Of a DNA stretch of 64,000 nt, positions 61,169-64,000 are shown piece after piece. The first letter of the stretch is position 1; every line of letters starts with the position of its first letter. Source of the stretch: Acidobacteriota bacterium (GTDB lineage: Bacteria > Acidobacteriota > UBA890 > WLXD01). The stretch lies in the NCBI GenBank assembly GCA_965248695.1, contig CBDFKD010000002.1, forward strand, positions 4,640,001-4,704,000. Reading direction: 5' to 3'. The translations under genes were made by a program, and so were the position numbers. Below the pieces are notes generated by a model. It worked only from the letters and a program-made list of their open reading frames with translations. It was not told where the DNA came from and did no database searches.

Positions 61169-63223
61169 TCACGGTAGCGGGGCCGCGGCAAGCCTGCTGG
61201 CCGCTTCCCGGAGTTTGCCGCCCACTATGAACAGCGCCTCGCGCAGCGAGCCCTCCGCCTGCGCCTCGAGCCTGGCGATCCTGGAGGCGAGACCAGAACT
61301 ACTGCCGCCCGACACGAGCTGCGAGTAGATCGCGTGGAGCTCCGGGCTGACCGGCCGCGGGTGCTGGTCAAACTCCGACACCCAACCGATCGGCTCGTAG
61401 GAGAGCAGTCTTTCGCCGCGGTAAGTCTCCGTTGAGACCCGCTTGCCCCACTGCATGGTGTTGACTTCCTCGAGTGCCGTCGCCGCTGCCTCTGTATCAC
61501 CGGCTGCAGCAGCAAGACGCGCTCTCTGGAGGGCGGCGAAATCTTCCGCGTAGCGGCTTCCTCGCAGGCGCTCTTCTGTGCTGAGTAGCCAAGGAACGAG
61601 GTCGTGACGGGTGTTCATCAGCAAAGCGTTCAGCAACGCTGCATCAGCGGCGTCACGTATCGACGAATAGGCCGCCTCTGCCTCGTCGGCCTGCCGACGG
61701 AAAACGTCGGCTCCCTCCTGAGCCTCAAGGAGCAGCTCGGACGGCCCGGTAACGTCGGAGAGGTTCTCCTCGATGCGTAGGAGTTGCCCGGTAACCCAGT
61801 CGGCGACGTCCGAGAAACGGATCGGCAAAACGACCGACTGATCGGCCCGAAGCACGCCGAGTGCCCCGAGGCGCAGGTCGTCGATCAGGTTGGGGTAGTC
61901 GTCGGCGCGGTAGACGTCGTGCTCCGTGTGGTAGTAGCGACCGTACTCACCCTCCCAGGAGAGGGACGATACCGCTCCGCCCCGCACGCCTCCGAGTGAC
62001 CAGGAGTCCACCCATTTCGCCACACCCGCTCGCACCGTCACCCGATCCTGAAGATCGAGCTCTGCCAGCAGGTCGCGCTGGAAGGCAACCTGGTCGAGGG
62101 TGGCATTCACGCTGCCTCTACGCGCCGTCCACCCGGCGCCATCTACGTTGAAGGCATAAGCCAGGCGCGAGGTGACCTCGGGGTGCGCCCGGATGAACGC
62201 ATGGGAGCCCGCCAGCCAGTCGTACTGGGTCCACAGTCCTCCGACTTCTTCGCTTCCGAAGGCAATGAACAGGAAGCTGCGCCGCGGTCGGTAACCTTCC
62301 GAGATCACGCGGGCCAGCTCCAGCATGACGGCCACCCCGACGCTGTCGTCCTGGGCTCCCTGCCACCAACGGTCATGGTGCGCCGAGACGATGATCCATT
62401 CGTCCGGATACTCCCGGCCGCGGATCATGCCGATGACGTTCTCGGAGGAGCCGTATTCGACGTCGACCCGGTTCGACAGCTCGACCATCACCTCGCCCTC
62501 GGCAAGGCGTTCCTCGAGCCATGCGGCATCCCGGTTGCTGATCGTCACTGCAGGGATCGGGTCACGATACCCGAGGGTCATCTGCTGCAACGCGTCTTCC
62601 GGCGATTCACCGCCGTAGTTGCCATAGCCGTGGAACAGGATGGCGGAGGCTCCCCGCTGTGCTGCTTCCATCACCACGTAGCCGCTGGGCCATCCTGGCC
62701 GGCGCACGAGCACCACCTTGCCGCGCACGTCACCCAGCGTCGCATAGTCGGAGGCGAATCCGCCCTCGGCGTCTACCAGGGTCGCCCGCAGTGTCTCTCC
62801 GCCCTCGGCGTTGCCCTTCGAATAGGGCACTCCCTCGGCCACACCCGAGGTGCCGGCGGCGGTGTGCAGAGTGATTGCCGGAAGCCGCCTCCCAGCAGCG
62901 ATCAGCGACACTTCGCCGTAGTCATAGGCGTGCACCGGGAAGCTCTCCCGGCGGACCTCCAAGCCCAGCCGTGTCATCTCGGCCTCGATGAAGCCGGCCA
63001 GGAGACGCTCATCGCTGCTGCCGGCGACGGCCGAGCCGGCGCCCGCGCCCGAGTCGTTCTTGACGAGATCCTCCGAGAGGCGGCGCGTAAGGGCTATTGT
63101 CCTGTCGTCGTCCAGAGCGTTCAGTATCTGGCTCTCGGTTGGCGAGAGCTGGCCACTGGGGTACGACAGCCCAGCCGACAGCATGATTGCAACACAGAAA
63201 CCAGCGGTTCTCATTCGAGGCAT
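61169..63223 (-). CDS. M28 family metallopeptidase with PA domain
   Basis: GKVVLV, NVIG, SAHHD, GAQDD, SEE, NVD, YYHT. Confidence 0.88.
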   Translation of the reverse strand: MPRMRTAGFCVAIMLSAGLSYPSGQLSPTESQILNALDDDRTIALTRRLSEDLVKNDSGAGAGSAVAGSSDERLLAGFIEAEMTRLGLEVRRESFPVHAYDYGEVSLIAAGRRLPAITLHTAAGTSGVAEGVPYSKGNAEGGETLRATLVDAEGGFASDYATLGDVRGKVVLVRRPGWPSGYVVMEAAQRGASAILFHGYGNYGGESPEDALQQMTLGYRDPIPAVTISNRDAAWLEERLAEGEVMVELSNRVDVEYGSSENVIGMIRGREYPDEWIIVSAHHDRWWQGAQDDSVGVAVMLELARVISEGYRPRRSFLFIAFGSEEVGGLWTQYDWLAGSHAFIRAHPEVTSRLAYAFNVDGAGWTARRGSVNATLDQVAFQRDLLAELDLQDRVTVRAGVAKWVDSWSLGGVRGGAVSSLSWEGEYGRYYHTEHDVYRADDYPNLIDDLRLGALGVLRADQSVVLPIRFSDVADWVTGQLLRIEENLSDVTGPSELLLEAQEGADVFRRQADEAEAAYSSIRDAADAALLNALLMNTRHDLVPWLLSTEERLRGSRYAEDFAALQRARLAAAAGDTEAAATALEEVNTMQWGKRVSTETYRGERLLSYEPIGWVSEFDQHPRPVSPELHAIYSQLVSGGSSSGLASRIARLEAQAEGSLREALFIVGGKLREAASRLAAAPLP

Positions 63224-63299
63224 TGCCTGCTCCCGCTTGCGTCGAAACCCGGCGAGCCCACTCCGGCGCGGGCTTCGGAGTTCTTCGTCCTGATACGGA

Positions 63300-64000
63300 T
63301 CAATTGTGGTCGCCGCCGCCCGGCAGCTCGCCGTGCACCAGCACGCCTTCCATCATTACCGCTGTGGGCTGCAGGTCGGGGATGTCGGCCGGATCGAGCG
63401 TGAAGAGATCCTCGTCGAGCACCACGAGGTCGGCCAGCTTGCCGACCTCGAGCGAGCCAATGCGGTCCTCCATGCGAAACGGATAGGCGCCATCGACGGT
63501 GAACCCGCGCAGGATCGTGTGCAGATCCATGCGCTCGGTCGTCGGCGGCCGGGCTGGCGGTGGCGGGCTGTCGTCCTCGCCCCGGGGACCCTTCCGCGTA
63601 TGGGCGCCGTGCATGGTCAGATACGGGCTGATGACGGACAGCCGCCAGTCGTCGCTGGAGTAGGTCACGCGGCCGTCCACGTCGAACAGCGACTTGGCCA
63701 TGTAGGTACGCGCCGCTCGCTCCGGGCCCAGCGCCAACGCCCCCGAGCTGTCGGGGTAGGGGCCATCGCCGGCAAACCACCATGCCGTGAAGTTGGCGGA
63801 GACATCGAGTGCCGCGAAGCGCGGCATGTCGGCGCGATCGATGACCTGGAGGTGCGACAGAGTGACCCGGGGGTAGAGATCGCCCGGTACCGCCGCTCTC
63901 GCCGCCTCCACGCCGTCCAGCGCGACGCGGACGGCGCGGTCGCCGATGGTGTGCACGTGCAGGTCGAGCAGCGCCTCGTGCAGCTCGAGCAGGAAGTCGC
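63300..64000 (-). CDS. Amidohydrolase 3 (YtcJ-like), 5'-truncated by window edge
   Basis: HTIGDRA, SHLQ, SSD, GSLEVGKLADLVVLD. Confidence 0.85.
   Translation of the reverse strand, partial: DFLLELHEALLDLHVHTIGDRAVRVALDGVEAARAAVPGDLYPRVTLSHLQVIDRADMPRFAALDVSANFTAWWFAGDGPYPDSSGALALGPERAARTYMAKSLFDVDGRVTYSSDDWRLSVISPYLTMHGAHTRKGPRGEDDSPPPPARPPTTERMDLHTILRGFTVDGAYPFRMEDRIGSLEVGKLADLVVLDEDLFTLDPADIPDLQPTAVMMEGVLVHGELPGGGDHN

Overview
GC-rich bacterial chromosomal segment. The protein families (Ser/Thr kinase-TPR, ADOP-like permease remnant, DUF6152/DUF6644-like, many PQQ propellers and amidohydrolases) suggest an Acidobacteriota-like organism; this is inference. About 45 mostly metabolic, transport and envelope genes were called by eye from motifs, with no database search: hflKC, arcC, cpxRA-like pair, caiD, nuoB, mrp, moaA, ilvD, multicopper oxidase, PQQ dehydrogenases, and orphan mbtH plus PPTase. 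There is one intact tRNA-Arg(CCT). The most striking non-coding feature is a 566-bp, almost fully self-complementary, multi-branched element with perfect 34-bp terminal inverted repeats. It sits at the CTAG that contains the cpxR-like stop codon, just before the cpxA-like start. Divergent from cpxR, past a CpxR-box-like motif, is an uncharacterised periplasmic redox/metal gene cluster. The region from 36.8 to 52.4 kb is a mosaic of scars: a complete IS3 plus a 151-bp second copy, a tRNA-Sec-like gene with an aberrant 5' end, a 3'-half tRNA-fMet, a 5'-half tRNA-Pro fused to a 48-bp copy of a downstream gene, and truncated permease, kinase, PilB, nuoA and nuoC remnants. No CRISPR array, rRNA or prophage was seen. 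Some frameshifts and junctions could be assembly artefacts.
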